A stretch of 64,000 nt of DNA from an uncultured virus (IMG/VR IMGVR_UViG_3300031688_001276) (taxonomy: Duplodnaviria > Heunggongvirae > Uroviricota > Caudoviricetes). The stretch is from IMG/VR virus record IMGVR_UViG_3300031688_001276; one strand, given 5' to 3'. The translations under genes and the position numbers were made by a program. The notes under the pieces are model-generated. The model did not search any database. It worked only from the letters and a program-made list of their open reading frames with translations, and had not been told where the DNA came from. Below are positions 55,559 to 64,000 of this stretch, piece by piece (positions within the stretch are counted from its first letter, which is position 1; every line of letters starts with the position of its first letter).

Positions 55559-56581
55559 ATGTTACATATAGATTTGAAGTACATAAACATGATCTCCCAT
55601 AGATGGGAGAAATTCAAGCGTAAGGATGATTACTTATTCAATTTCCGTTGCCCGATTTGTGGTGATAGTGATAAGAAGAAGAATAAGGCTAGAGGCTACA
55701 TATACAAGAAGAAAAATGACATGTTCTTTAAATGTCATAATTGTAATGAAGGTAAGACTTTCGGTGGCCTATTAAAAATAACAGACCCAAGACTACACAA
55801 GGAATATGTTATGGAACGGTATAGTGAAGGGGTGTCAGGCAATCGCGATAATAAGACACCAGAGTTTAACTTTACAAAACCTAACTTTGATCATTTACAT
55901 GATGAGAAGTTAATTGATACTCTTATGGACAGAGTAGATAAACTAGCTGAGGCATGTGGTGATACACATTCTCACATAGCAGTGGACTATGTAAAGTCTA
56001 GGCAAATCCCTGAGGATAAGTGGAAGAGATTATATCATGTAGATGATATTAGTACAATATCTCAGCTCGCTCCTAAGTACAAAGACAGAATTACAACTAA
56101 ACAACCTCGCCTAGTTATCCCATTCTTTGATGAGAAAGGTAGACTTACAGGCCTGACATTACGAGATTATGGCAATTCAACCTTAAGGTACATTATGGTA
56201 AAGATAGTTGATGAAGCGCCCACTATTTTTGGCCTAGATGTTATAAGTAAAGAGAAGCCTGTAAAAATTGTTGAGGGTCCATTAGATAGTTTATTTTTGG
56301 ATAACAGTATAGCATGTGCGGGTACGTCATTTAATAAAATAGTTCCTGGAGAAAATGATATCATTATCATAGACAACCAACCTAAAAATAAAGAGGTATG
56401 TGATATACTACATACGCATATTACTAAGGGTCACAACGTAGTTATATGGCCTGATAATATAGAACAAAAAGATATAAATGAAATGGTCTTGGCAGGTCTA
56501 GACGTTGAAGGTATTATAAATTATAATACGTTCAGCAATTTACAAGCAGAACTAAAATACACTAATTGGAGAAAATGTTAA
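55559..56581 (+). CDS. gp61: DNA primase
   Basis: FRCPICGDS, CHNC, VEGPLDSLF, KDINEM. Confidence 0.95.
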   Translation: MLHIDLKYINMISHRWEKFKRKDDYLFNFRCPICGDSDKKKNKARGYIYKKKNDMFFKCHNCNEGKTFGGLLKITDPRLHKEYVMERYSEGVSGNRDNKTPEFNFTKPNFDHLHDEKLIDTLMDRVDKLAEACGDTHSHIAVDYVKSRQIPEDKWKRLYHVDDISTISQLAPKYKDRITTKQPRLVIPFFDEKGRLTGLTLRDYGNSTLRYIMVKIVDEAPTIFGLDVISKEKPVKIVEGPLDSLFLDNSIACAGTSFNKIVPGENDIIIIDNQPKNKEVCDILHTHITKGHNVVIWPDNIEQKDINEMVLAGLDVEGIINYNTFSNLQAELKYTNWRKC

Positions 56582-57237
56582 TGAAAGTTGAATTAGTAGG
56601 TCTTACTAAACCATCAGCTACAACCGGATGTCTTACACCAGGAGAGCTAGTAGCATGGGCAGCTAGGGTAAGCAACCCAGGGAATCAAAACAACAAGGTA
56701 ACAGCCCCTAAATTGCTTAAATACTTAATAAAACATGAACATTGGAGCCCTTTCGAGATGGCTTCTATCACTTTACAGATTACTACTACCCGAGATATAT
56801 CCCGACAGATTATACGACATCGTAGTTTTAGCTTTCAAGAGTTTAGTCAGCGATATGCTGAAGCTCCTGATGTTATTTACGACAGGGAATGTAGAATGCA
56901 AGATGATGCTAACAGGCAAAACTCTATTGAAGTAGATCCTAAAACTGAAGTAGCCAAGAATTGGTCAAGGATGCAAGATATATTGGGACACCAAGCTAGA
57001 GAGAAGTATGTAGAAGCTATTAATATGGGTATTGCTAAAGAACAAGCAAGAGCGTTATTGCCTGAGGGGTTAACAGAAACAACTCTTATTATGGCAGGGA
57101 CGTTAAGATCGTGGATTCACTATTGCGAGTTAAGAACTGGTGAGGAAACACAAAAAGAACATAGAGAGGTAGCGCAACGATGTTGGTCTATCATTGGTCA
57201 ACATTTTCCAGACGTAGAACAAGCGCTGGATATTTAG
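56581..57237 (+). CDS. thyX: FAD-dependent thymidylate synthase
   Basis: HWSPFE, RHRSFSFQEFSQRY, KEQARALLP. Confidence 0.96.
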   Translation: MKVELVGLTKPSATTGCLTPGELVAWAARVSNPGNQNNKVTAPKLLKYLIKHEHWSPFEMASITLQITTTRDISRQIIRHRSFSFQEFSQRYAEAPDVIYDRECRMQDDANRQNSIEVDPKTEVAKNWSRMQDILGHQAREKYVEAINMGIAKEQARALLPEGLTETTLIMAGTLRSWIHYCELRTGEETQKEHREVAQRCWSIIGQHFPDVEQALDI

Positions 57238-57248
57238 GGTAGATAATA

Positions 57249-59045
57249 ATGGCAAAGGGTCTAATAGACGGAATTACGGTTGATTATGATAGGGATAACT
57301 TATTTGACAACCTAGGCATACAAAGATTAAAAGAAAGCTACATGCTGGAGACAGAGTCATCTCCACAGGAGAGGTTTGCCTATGTAAGTTCAATATTCGG
57401 CTCTAATCCAGAACACTCACAAAGACTATATGATTACTCCAGTAAACATTGGCTATCGTATAGTACTCCGATACTTTCATACGGAAGGTCCAAACGTGGT
57501 ATGCCTATATCATGTTTTTTAAATTACATTAACGACACAGCGGAGGGATTAGTTGAAAATTTATCAGAAACTAGTTGGCTATCTATGCTTGGTGGTGGTG
57601 TGGGCATTGGCGTTGGCATTCGATCTAGTGATGATAAATCTACTGGTGTCATGCCTCATCTTAAGACTTATGACTCCTCATGTCTGGCGTACCGTCAAGG
57701 TCGTACTAGACGTGGCAGTTACGCTACTTACCTTGACATTAGTCATCCAGATGTTCTAATGTTCCTTGAGATGAGGAAACCAACAGGCGATCCTAATATG
57801 AGATGCCTGAACTTACATCACGGAATAAACATCACAGACAATTTCATGCAGGTTATAGAACGATGCATGACAGACCCAGATGCAGATGACGGTTGGAACT
57901 TAGTTGATCCTAATTCAGGCTTAATAAGAGAAACCGTCTCTGCCAAAGATTTATGGCAAAAGATATTAGAGATTAGAATGGAAACTGGAGAGCCATACAT
58001 TCATTACATCGATACAAGTAATCGTGAGATGAAGGACTTCCAGAAAGAAAAAGGATTAAAGATCCACCAAAGTAATCTATGCTCTGAAATTATTTTACCT
58101 ACAAACGAAAAACGAACAGCGGTGTGTTGTCTATCCTCAGTCAATCTAGAATACTATGATGCCTGGAGTAGACAGCCACTATTTTTAAAAGACATAGCAG
58201 AGATGCTAGACAATGTCTTATCATTCTTTATTAAGAACGCACCTGATCAAGTATCAAGAGCTAAGTTCTCAGCAGCACAAGAACGGAGTATTGGAGTTGG
58301 AGCCCTAGGGTTTCATGCCTATCTTCAGAAAAACTTGATTGCATGGGAAAGCGCTGGAGCCAAGGGAGCCAACCTTAGAATGTTTAGACACATACGAGGA
58401 AAGCTAGATGAAGCAAACATACAACTTGGAACAGAGAGAGGCGAAGCGCCAGACGCAAAGGGACGAGGCTTACGTTTTAGTCATGTTATGGCTATTGCTC
58501 CCAATGCTTCCTCTTCTATTATTATGGGGAACACTAGCCCATCTATTGAGCCGTGGAGAGCTAATGCTTACAGACAAGACACATTGTCTGGGGCGTATCT
58601 CAATAAAAATAAATTCCTGGATAAACTAATTACAGATTATTGTGAGACACACCCTAGGACAAAATATGACGAGGTGTGGTCTAGCATTATTAGTAACGAC
58701 GGTTCAGTACAGCATATAACACAGCTATCTGATGAACAAAAGTCTGTATTTAAAACAGCTATGGAAATAGATCAGAGGTGGTTAATAGAACACGCAGCAG
58801 ATAGACAGATGTTTGTAGACCAAGCACAAAGTTTGAACTTGTTCTTTAGGCCTGATGTTAACATTGCCTATTTACATGCAGTACATTTCTCAGCCTGGAA
58901 GTCGGGTGTTAAAACATTATACTATTGCCGTTCAGAGAAGTTAGGCAAAGCAGACAAAGTAAGTAGACGTATTGAAAGAGAGATAATACAAGAATTAGAT
59001 ATGTCTGCCATAGCTGATGGCGAATGCCTAGCGTGTGAGGGATAA
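57249..59045 (+). CDS. nrdA: Class I ribonucleotide reductase alpha subunit (no ATP cone)
   Basis: ISCF, GGGVG, SNLCSEI, APNASSS, KTLYY, C-terminal CLACEG. Confidence 0.95.
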   Translation: MAKGLIDGITVDYDRDNLFDNLGIQRLKESYMLETESSPQERFAYVSSIFGSNPEHSQRLYDYSSKHWLSYSTPILSYGRSKRGMPISCFLNYINDTAEGLVENLSETSWLSMLGGGVGIGVGIRSSDDKSTGVMPHLKTYDSSCLAYRQGRTRRGSYATYLDISHPDVLMFLEMRKPTGDPNMRCLNLHHGINITDNFMQVIERCMTDPDADDGWNLVDPNSGLIRETVSAKDLWQKILEIRMETGEPYIHYIDTSNREMKDFQKEKGLKIHQSNLCSEIILPTNEKRTAVCCLSSVNLEYYDAWSRQPLFLKDIAEMLDNVLSFFIKNAPDQVSRAKFSAAQERSIGVGALGFHAYLQKNLIAWESAGAKGANLRMFRHIRGKLDEANIQLGTERGEAPDAKGRGLRFSHVMAIAPNASSSIIMGNTSPSIEPWRANAYRQDTLSGAYLNKNKFLDKLITDYCETHPRTKYDEVWSSIISNDGSVQHITQLSDEQKSVFKTAMEIDQRWLIEHAADRQMFVDQAQSLNLFFRPDVNIAYLHAVHFSAWKSGVKTLYYCRSEKLGKADKVSRRIEREIIQELDMSAIADGECLACEG

Positions 59046-59764
59046 TGCGGAATTATGTTGTTAAAGAATATCAACCGCACCCTATAGATTATACACATTG
59101 GAGTTCGTCTATAGCTCTATTTGGTTGTTCATGTGTTTATGGACTCCATTTAGATCCTAAAGATCAGCTACATAATGTTATAGACAATTGGCGTCCTGTT
59201 AATAACTTTGCATATCCAGGTGAGTCTAATTGGCATATTTGGATGAAGGTTATAGATGCTATTAGAACACATGGTATGCCCGAGAGAATATGTATTGGTT
59301 GGACCTCGCCTTATAGGATAGCAATGTATAATGAGGGCAGTCCAGCACAAAGATCGGTACTGCCAATAGGACATTGGACAAAGCCAGATTTTACAACGGC
59401 AAAGATAGGTAAGGATTGGGTACTTAATATGAAAATGACACAAGAAGAATATTCTAAGTTAATAGTAGACTCTGTGGAATTAATATGTGGAGACAAACTA
59501 ACACAATGGACATTATTTCATAACTTGAAAGATGTTAAAGAGGGACCTGGAAAGAGTGAATGGAACCAGGCAATATTTGATAGGGCTGAACAGCAGTCAG
59601 GTATGTTTACAAGTGAGACTATAGACTCTTCTAATCAGAATATTACACCTATTGAATTCACAGACAGAGCTAGTGATGGTAATCATCCTGGACCTGAAAC
59701 AGTAAAACAGATGGCGAAAATGATAGAGAGACACTTTCCGAAAATGGTAGAGAAGAGACTATAA
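59045..59764 (+). CDS. SGNH-like hypothetical protein
   Basis: FGCS..YG, N.A.PG.SN, WT...R, D..HPG. Confidence 0.6.
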   Translation: MRNYVVKEYQPHPIDYTHWSSSIALFGCSCVYGLHLDPKDQLHNVIDNWRPVNNFAYPGESNWHIWMKVIDAIRTHGMPERICIGWTSPYRIAMYNEGSPAQRSVLPIGHWTKPDFTTAKIGKDWVLNMKMTQEEYSKLIVDSVELICGDKLTQWTLFHNLKDVKEGPGKSEWNQAIFDRAEQQSGMFTSETIDSSNQNITPIEFTDRASDGNHPGPETVKQMAKMIERHFPKMVEKRL

Positions 59765-60438
59765 TGCATCACCCTTATTATTACGATATATACATACCAA
59801 GAGATCAAGTGATAGGTGTTGTAGTATCAGGTGGACTTGACTCTTCATTACTATGGCATATGATATATGGGGTATGTTTAGAGAGGAACCAGAAATGTAT
59901 TCCTTTTACAGTACCTAAAGTAGATGGCGCTTTAACTTATGCTACAAGAATGTTAAGGTGGAGTAGTGAATGGTACGGCACAAAACAGTTGCACCCTTTT
60001 GTAATAGATCCAGGCATAGATCAGAATAGAAAAGATCCTTTTATAGGAACAGAAGTGGCACAGCAATTACTCGGTAGCATACGAATTATTGTAGACGAAG
60101 GATATGCAGACACAGTTTATACAGGTGTCAATGCTTATCCACCAGAGTATGAAACATTATGCTCATATCACACACCAGGAGAGAGGAATCTTTCAAGGGA
60201 TAGTGATGCAGTACACAATGGACAACTTGTAAGAGATCTTATAAGACAACCATTTGCAGACATGACAAAGGATGAACTAATAGAGATAGCTCACGAGCAA
60301 CAAGTATTAGAACCTATATCAGAACTATCACATAGTTGCGTGGAGTTAATCCGTGGCAGGTGTGGTGAATGTTTCTGGTGTAAAGAACGAGAATGGGGTT
60401 TCACAAATAGTGGCCACATAGATAAAGGCACAAATTAA
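59764..60438 (+). CDS. QueC-like PP-loop ATPase
   Basis: SGGLDS, PF..M.K, SC......CGECFWCKER. Confidence 0.7.
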   Translation: MHHPYYYDIYIPRDQVIGVVVSGGLDSSLLWHMIYGVCLERNQKCIPFTVPKVDGALTYATRMLRWSSEWYGTKQLHPFVIDPGIDQNRKDPFIGTEVAQQLLGSIRIIVDEGYADTVYTGVNAYPPEYETLCSYHTPGERNLSRDSDAVHNGQLVRDLIRQPFADMTKDELIEIAHEQQVLEPISELSHSCVELIRGRCGECFWCKEREWGFTNSGHIDKGTN

Positions 60439-60448
60439 GAGGTAAGAT

Positions 60449-61438
60449 ATGGTGGCTAAATTAAAACTAACAGATGAAAGAGATTATTTTAAACCGTTCA
60501 ATTATCCATGGGCGTATGACGCGTGGTTAAAACATGAACAATCACATTGGTTACATACAGAAGTACCAATGGCAGAAGATGTAAAGGACTGGAAGGATAA
60601 ACTAAACGATCCTGAGAAAGCATTCCTTACGAATATATTTAGATTTTTTGTACAAGGGGATATTGACGTGGCAGGAGGTTATATCAATAACTATCTACCA
60701 CACTTCCCACAACCAGAAGTTCGTATGATGTTGTCAGGGTTTGCAGCCAGAGAGGCTCTCCATGTAGCTGCTTACGCACATTTAATTGAGACATTGGGTA
60801 TGCCTGATAGTACATACAGCGAGTTTTTAGAGTATCAGACGATGGCAGATAAGCATGAATACTTCCTGGAATTGTCAGCAGCTAACGGAACACCAGAGTC
60901 TATAGCTACAAACATTGCAGCCTTCTCAGCATTTACAGAAGGAATGCAACTGTTCTCATCTTTTATTATGTTGTTAAACTTCCCACGTCACGGTAAGATG
61001 AAAGGTATGGGACAGATAATAACGTGGAGTATTGTAGATGAGACAATGCACTCAGAGTCTATGATTAAACTATTTAAGACTTATGTGAACGAGAACCCAG
61101 AGCTTTGGAATGATAAACTTAAGAAAGAGATATACGACATCGCAGAGAAGATGGTAGAACTAGAAGAGAAGTTTATCGACTTAGCGTTCTCAATGGGAGA
61201 CATGGAGAACTTGACACCCGCAGATGTTAAAACATACATTAGATATATTGCTGATAGAAGGCTTATAAGTATGGGAATGAAAGGAATATTTAAAGTGAAA
61301 AGAAATCCATTACTATGGGTAGAGGAGATGATTAACGCTCCTACCCATACAAACTTTTTTGAAAATAGATCAACAGATTATGCACGTGGCGCCCTGAAAG
61401 GAAACTGGGGTGATGTGTGGGGAGCAGTCCGTGGTTAA
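60449..61438 (+). CDS. nrdB: Class I ribonucleotide reductase beta subunit
   Basis: FF.QGD, REALH..AY, EG..LF.SF, DET.H, NFFENR. Confidence 0.96.
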   Translation: MVAKLKLTDERDYFKPFNYPWAYDAWLKHEQSHWLHTEVPMAEDVKDWKDKLNDPEKAFLTNIFRFFVQGDIDVAGGYINNYLPHFPQPEVRMMLSGFAAREALHVAAYAHLIETLGMPDSTYSEFLEYQTMADKHEYFLELSAANGTPESIATNIAAFSAFTEGMQLFSSFIMLLNFPRHGKMKGMGQIITWSIVDETMHSESMIKLFKTYVNENPELWNDKLKKEIYDIAEKMVELEEKFIDLAFSMGDMENLTPADVKTYIRYIADRRLISMGMKGIFKVKRNPLLWVEEMINAPTHTNFFENRSTDYARGALKGNWGDVWGAVRG

Positions 61439-61607
61439 GAAACGTATAGAATGTGAGAAGTGTGAGGCAGTCGCGGTGATCGAGGCTGACATGGAACCAC
61501 ACTTTTATAATATCGAGTTCTGTCCATATTGTGGCGAGGAACTTGAACTAGAAGAGGAGTATAAAGTGAATGACGTATACCAAGAAGAATACGAAGCTAA
61601 CAGTTAA
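61431..61607 (+). CDS. Small zinc-ribbon protein
   Basis: CEKC...FCPYCG; GGAG before GTG 61431. Confidence 0.7.
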   Translation: MVKKRIECEKCEAVAVIEADMEPHFYNIEFCPYCGEELELEEEYKVNDVYQEEYEANS

Positions 61608-61920
61608 TGATGTTGGAGGCGAAGTGGTTAAAAAGAACAGTACATATACTGTTACAGATAACACAGAGCTAAACAACCTAGTACTAAGCAGTACATTATT
61701 AAAGCCAGGTAAAGAAACAACTGGCCACATACACGAAGGACAAGAAGAAATATACTTGTTCATTAAAGGCTCAGGTATAATGAAGATAGACGATAAAATG
61801 TCTGTAGTCAAAGAAGGTGATGTGAAACTAATATATGATGGTGCTTTTCATAAGGTAATCAACGATAATAATGAAGAGCTATATTTTATATGTGTCTTTG
61901 ATGGTGGTAGAAACCACTAA
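61570..61920 (+). CDS. Cupin-domain protein
   Basis: GHIHEGQEEIY, G.FHKV.N. Confidence 0.85.
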   Translation: MTYTKKNTKLTVNDVGGEVVKKNSTYTVTDNTELNNLVLSSTLLKPGKETTGHIHEGQEEIYLFIKGSGIMKIDDKMSVVKEGDVKLIYDGAFHKVINDNNEELYFICVFDGGRNH

Positions 61921-61940
61921 CAGGTTATATAAATACATAT

Positions 61941-62315
61941 ATGGCAAAAAGAAAAAAGAAACCAATACAAACGCACAGAGTATATTGTACATATTTCCCA
62001 GACGGTAGATATTACATAGGATACTCTTGTAAGACAGACAAGCAATTTGAGAAGTACTTTGGTAGCTCGACTAAGATAAAAACAGTCTTAGAGGAAAGTA
62101 AAGCAGAAGGAGGGAACGCTCTCTTAGTATCTGAACTATTGACAAAGGAAGTAATAATTGAATACCCTACTAGAGCACCAGCAAAGATGCAAGAGTTCTT
62201 ATTACAATGGCAACAACGACACGATGAGAACTGTATCAACGATATGTTACATGTAAGAATCAGAGCTAGCTTTCTAAAAGACTTTGAACCGATTAAATGG
62301 AGTCCTGATGGTTAA
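61941..62315 (+). CDS. GIY-YIG-like small protein
   Basis: VYCT....RYYIG, YFGSS, conserved E and N; late promoter at 61928. Confidence 0.55.
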   Translation: MAKRKKKPIQTHRVYCTYFPDGRYYIGYSCKTDKQFEKYFGSSTKIKTVLEESKAEGGNALLVSELLTKEVIIEYPTRAPAKMQEFLLQWQQRHDENCINDMLHVRIRASFLKDFEPIKWSPDG

Positions 62316-63879
62316 ACAAAGCAACATGTCATTTATTGTAATGACCTTATTCTCTGCACTGGCAGTATCAGCAGTAGCTGCATACTTTTCTATTGTAGGG
62401 CTGATGGCAATATTTTCTGCCCTCCCCGCTTCCATTTTAGCAATGGGTATTGTATTAGAAATAGCTAAACTTGTAACAGCATCTTGGGTGTATCAGTATT
62501 GGGAACGTATAGGGTTTCTAATGAAGACTTACATGATCCTGGCAGTTATAGTTCTATCCCTAATCACATCTATAGGCATATTTGGATTCCTCAGTAAAGC
62601 ACATATGGACCAAGCAGCAAGTGCTGGTGACGCAGGAGCTGAGGTTACCAGACTAGAGGACTTGGTGGGCAGAGAGAAAGCTAAGATAGTAGCGCTCGAC
62701 GATAGGATACAAAGAATAGACGATGGTGGCGTATTAGATATAACAGATTCTATACGACAACAGGAAGAGATACGAGATACGGCATGGGAAAGAATACAAG
62801 GTGACATAGAGTACTCGGAACAACAAATAGATAAGATTAGAGCTAGTTTAGACACTGATTTAGCATTACAGCAGTCAAAGATAGACGGTTTAGACGCTAT
62901 AGTAGCATCTTATACTACCCAAGGTACTACTGGCGGAGCCTTTAACCGTAAGGATAATGTTGCTAAAGGATTAGAAGTAAGGGAAACACAAAAGGCAGAA
63001 CGAGATACTGTTGATGATAAGATGAAAGAGTTACGAGACTATGCCGAGGCACAGATATCAGGATATCGTAACCAAATAGTAGAATACAGAACAGCTACAC
63101 AAACAACAATAGACGGCGCCAATAGTGAGATCAACAGGCTCAGAGATAGTGAGACAAACGCACAGACAGGAAGAGACGTACAGATAGATGAACTCCAAGG
63201 GCAAATAGACGCAGTTTATATTACAATATCAGATTATAACGAGAACTTATTTGAGAAGAAATCTATTGTAAGAGAGTTAGACAATGAAGTAGGACCAGTT
63301 AAATACATAGCTCAGCTACTTTATGGAACTTCTGGTACAGCAGCGGTTGACTCTGCCGTACAATTTGTTATAATGCTACTTATATTTGTATTTGATCCTT
63401 TAGCTATAATATTAATTATAGCAGCTAATTTAAGTTTAAAAGAAAGGAGTGGAGACAGAATTGTAGCAGTAACGACAGTACCAGATAATATTATGGATAC
63501 TGTAGCTGACGAGGACATAACAACATTAGATGTTGCGCCCCCTGAAGCAGAACTTGTACCGGCTCCAGAGCATATACCTGAAGCAGGAACGTGGGCATCT
63601 AAAAAGGCATCAACCTTACTAGATCCTGAGACGGTACATTTTAAGTTAGACGATATTGTTGGTACTAGTGATGATTTACATATTGATATGGAGTTACCAT
63701 TAGATGCTACAATGCAAGGACCCATGATGCAGGGGGAGACAGTTCCTATTAAGGAGCTTGTTAAAGAACCAGAAGCATGGGTAGAAGCTAAATATGGGAG
63801 TGAGTCTGCCATGGACCCGAAGAAGGAAGTGGACTTACAGTGGTTAATAGATAAAAAGAAAGGAGGCAACAATGCCTAA
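62308..63879 (+). CDS. Membrane-anchored long coiled-coil protein
   Basis: Three N-terminal TMs (AAYFSI.GL, LE.AKL, GIFGFLS), coiled coil, EVGPVKY, FVFDPLA. Confidence 0.7.
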   Translation: MVKQSNMSFIVMTLFSALAVSAVAAYFSIVGLMAIFSALPASILAMGIVLEIAKLVTASWVYQYWERIGFLMKTYMILAVIVLSLITSIGIFGFLSKAHMDQAASAGDAGAEVTRLEDLVGREKAKIVALDDRIQRIDDGGVLDITDSIRQQEEIRDTAWERIQGDIEYSEQQIDKIRASLDTDLALQQSKIDGLDAIVASYTTQGTTGGAFNRKDNVAKGLEVRETQKAERDTVDDKMKELRDYAEAQISGYRNQIVEYRTATQTTIDGANSEINRLRDSETNAQTGRDVQIDELQGQIDAVYITISDYNENLFEKKSIVRELDNEVGPVKYIAQLLYGTSGTAAVDSAVQFVIMLLIFVFDPLAIILIIAANLSLKERSGDRIVAVTTVPDNIMDTVADEDITTLDVAPPEAELVPAPEHIPEAGTWASKKASTLLDPETVHFKLDDIVGTSDDLHIDMELPLDATMQGPMMQGETVPIKELVKEPEAWVEAKYGSESAMDPKKEVDLQWLIDKKKGGNNA

Positions 63880-64000
63880 TGTAATAGAATTTGAACCGAG
63901 ACGAAACGATGACGACTATAGACGTGAGATAGAGGATCTACTTAGATCTAATCATGGAGCGTTTACATTCCAAAAAGTAGACGGTAGCATAAGAGATATG
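63872..64000 (+). CDS. 3'-partial hypothetical protein (F.K.DG..R.M, SH3/WYL-like family)
   Basis: AGGAGG SD; MPNVIEFEPRR...FTFQKVDGSIRDM runs off the window. Confidence 0.5.
   Translation, partial: MPNVIEFEPRRNDDDYRREIEDLLRSNHGAFTFQKVDGSIRDM

Noticed and set aside
31508..61438. Introns or inteins in gp43, gp41, nrdA or nrdB; stop-codon reassignment
   Set aside because: All core genes are continuous, of normal length, and end on standard stops.
61941..62315. Active homing endonuclease / mobile element
   Set aside because: GIY-YIG-like motif only, no DNA-binding extension and no intron context.
1054..63872. Numerous minus-strand and nested ORFs in the ORF track
   Set aside because: They are antisense or out-of-frame shadows of well-supported + strand genes, with no SD, promoter or motifs.
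1..64000. CRISPR array, rRNA, integrase, photosynthesis genes
   Set aside because: None seen by eye. The repeats found are dispersed promoters or terminators, not regularly spaced arrays.

Overview
64 kb of an AT-rich T4-like myovirus genome, almost entirely on the + strand. It probably infects a marine Gram-negative proteobacterium and no photosynthesis genes are seen. It runs from the 3' end of the major capsid gene through the replication and recombination core (gp3, uvsY, uvsW, gp55, gp47/46, gp45/44/62, regA, gp43, uvsX, gp41, gp61, thyX, nrdA/B), and also holds spanins, probable internal head proteins and one tRNA-Thr(UGU). The most notable system is a tightly coupled 7-deazaguanine DNA-modification operon in the gp55-gp47 slot: QueE, PRTase, FolE, DEDD exonuclease, TGT/DpdA-like protein, DenV-like glycosylase, DpdL-like T-fold protein, glycosyltransferase and QueD. 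Its transglycosylase ends in the same LEDLF peptide as the DNA polymerase. The phage also carries a BtuB-like TonB receptor, IscU/IscA and a B12-dependent radical SAM enzyme. Non-coding signals include a candidate -1 frameshift (A10 plus hairpin), apparently leaderless late mRNAs, a ROSE-like thermometer on hsp20, repeated early promoters with IHF-like sites and an unexplained 36-bp repeat. All calls come from motif recognition and synteny by eye; no database searches were run.
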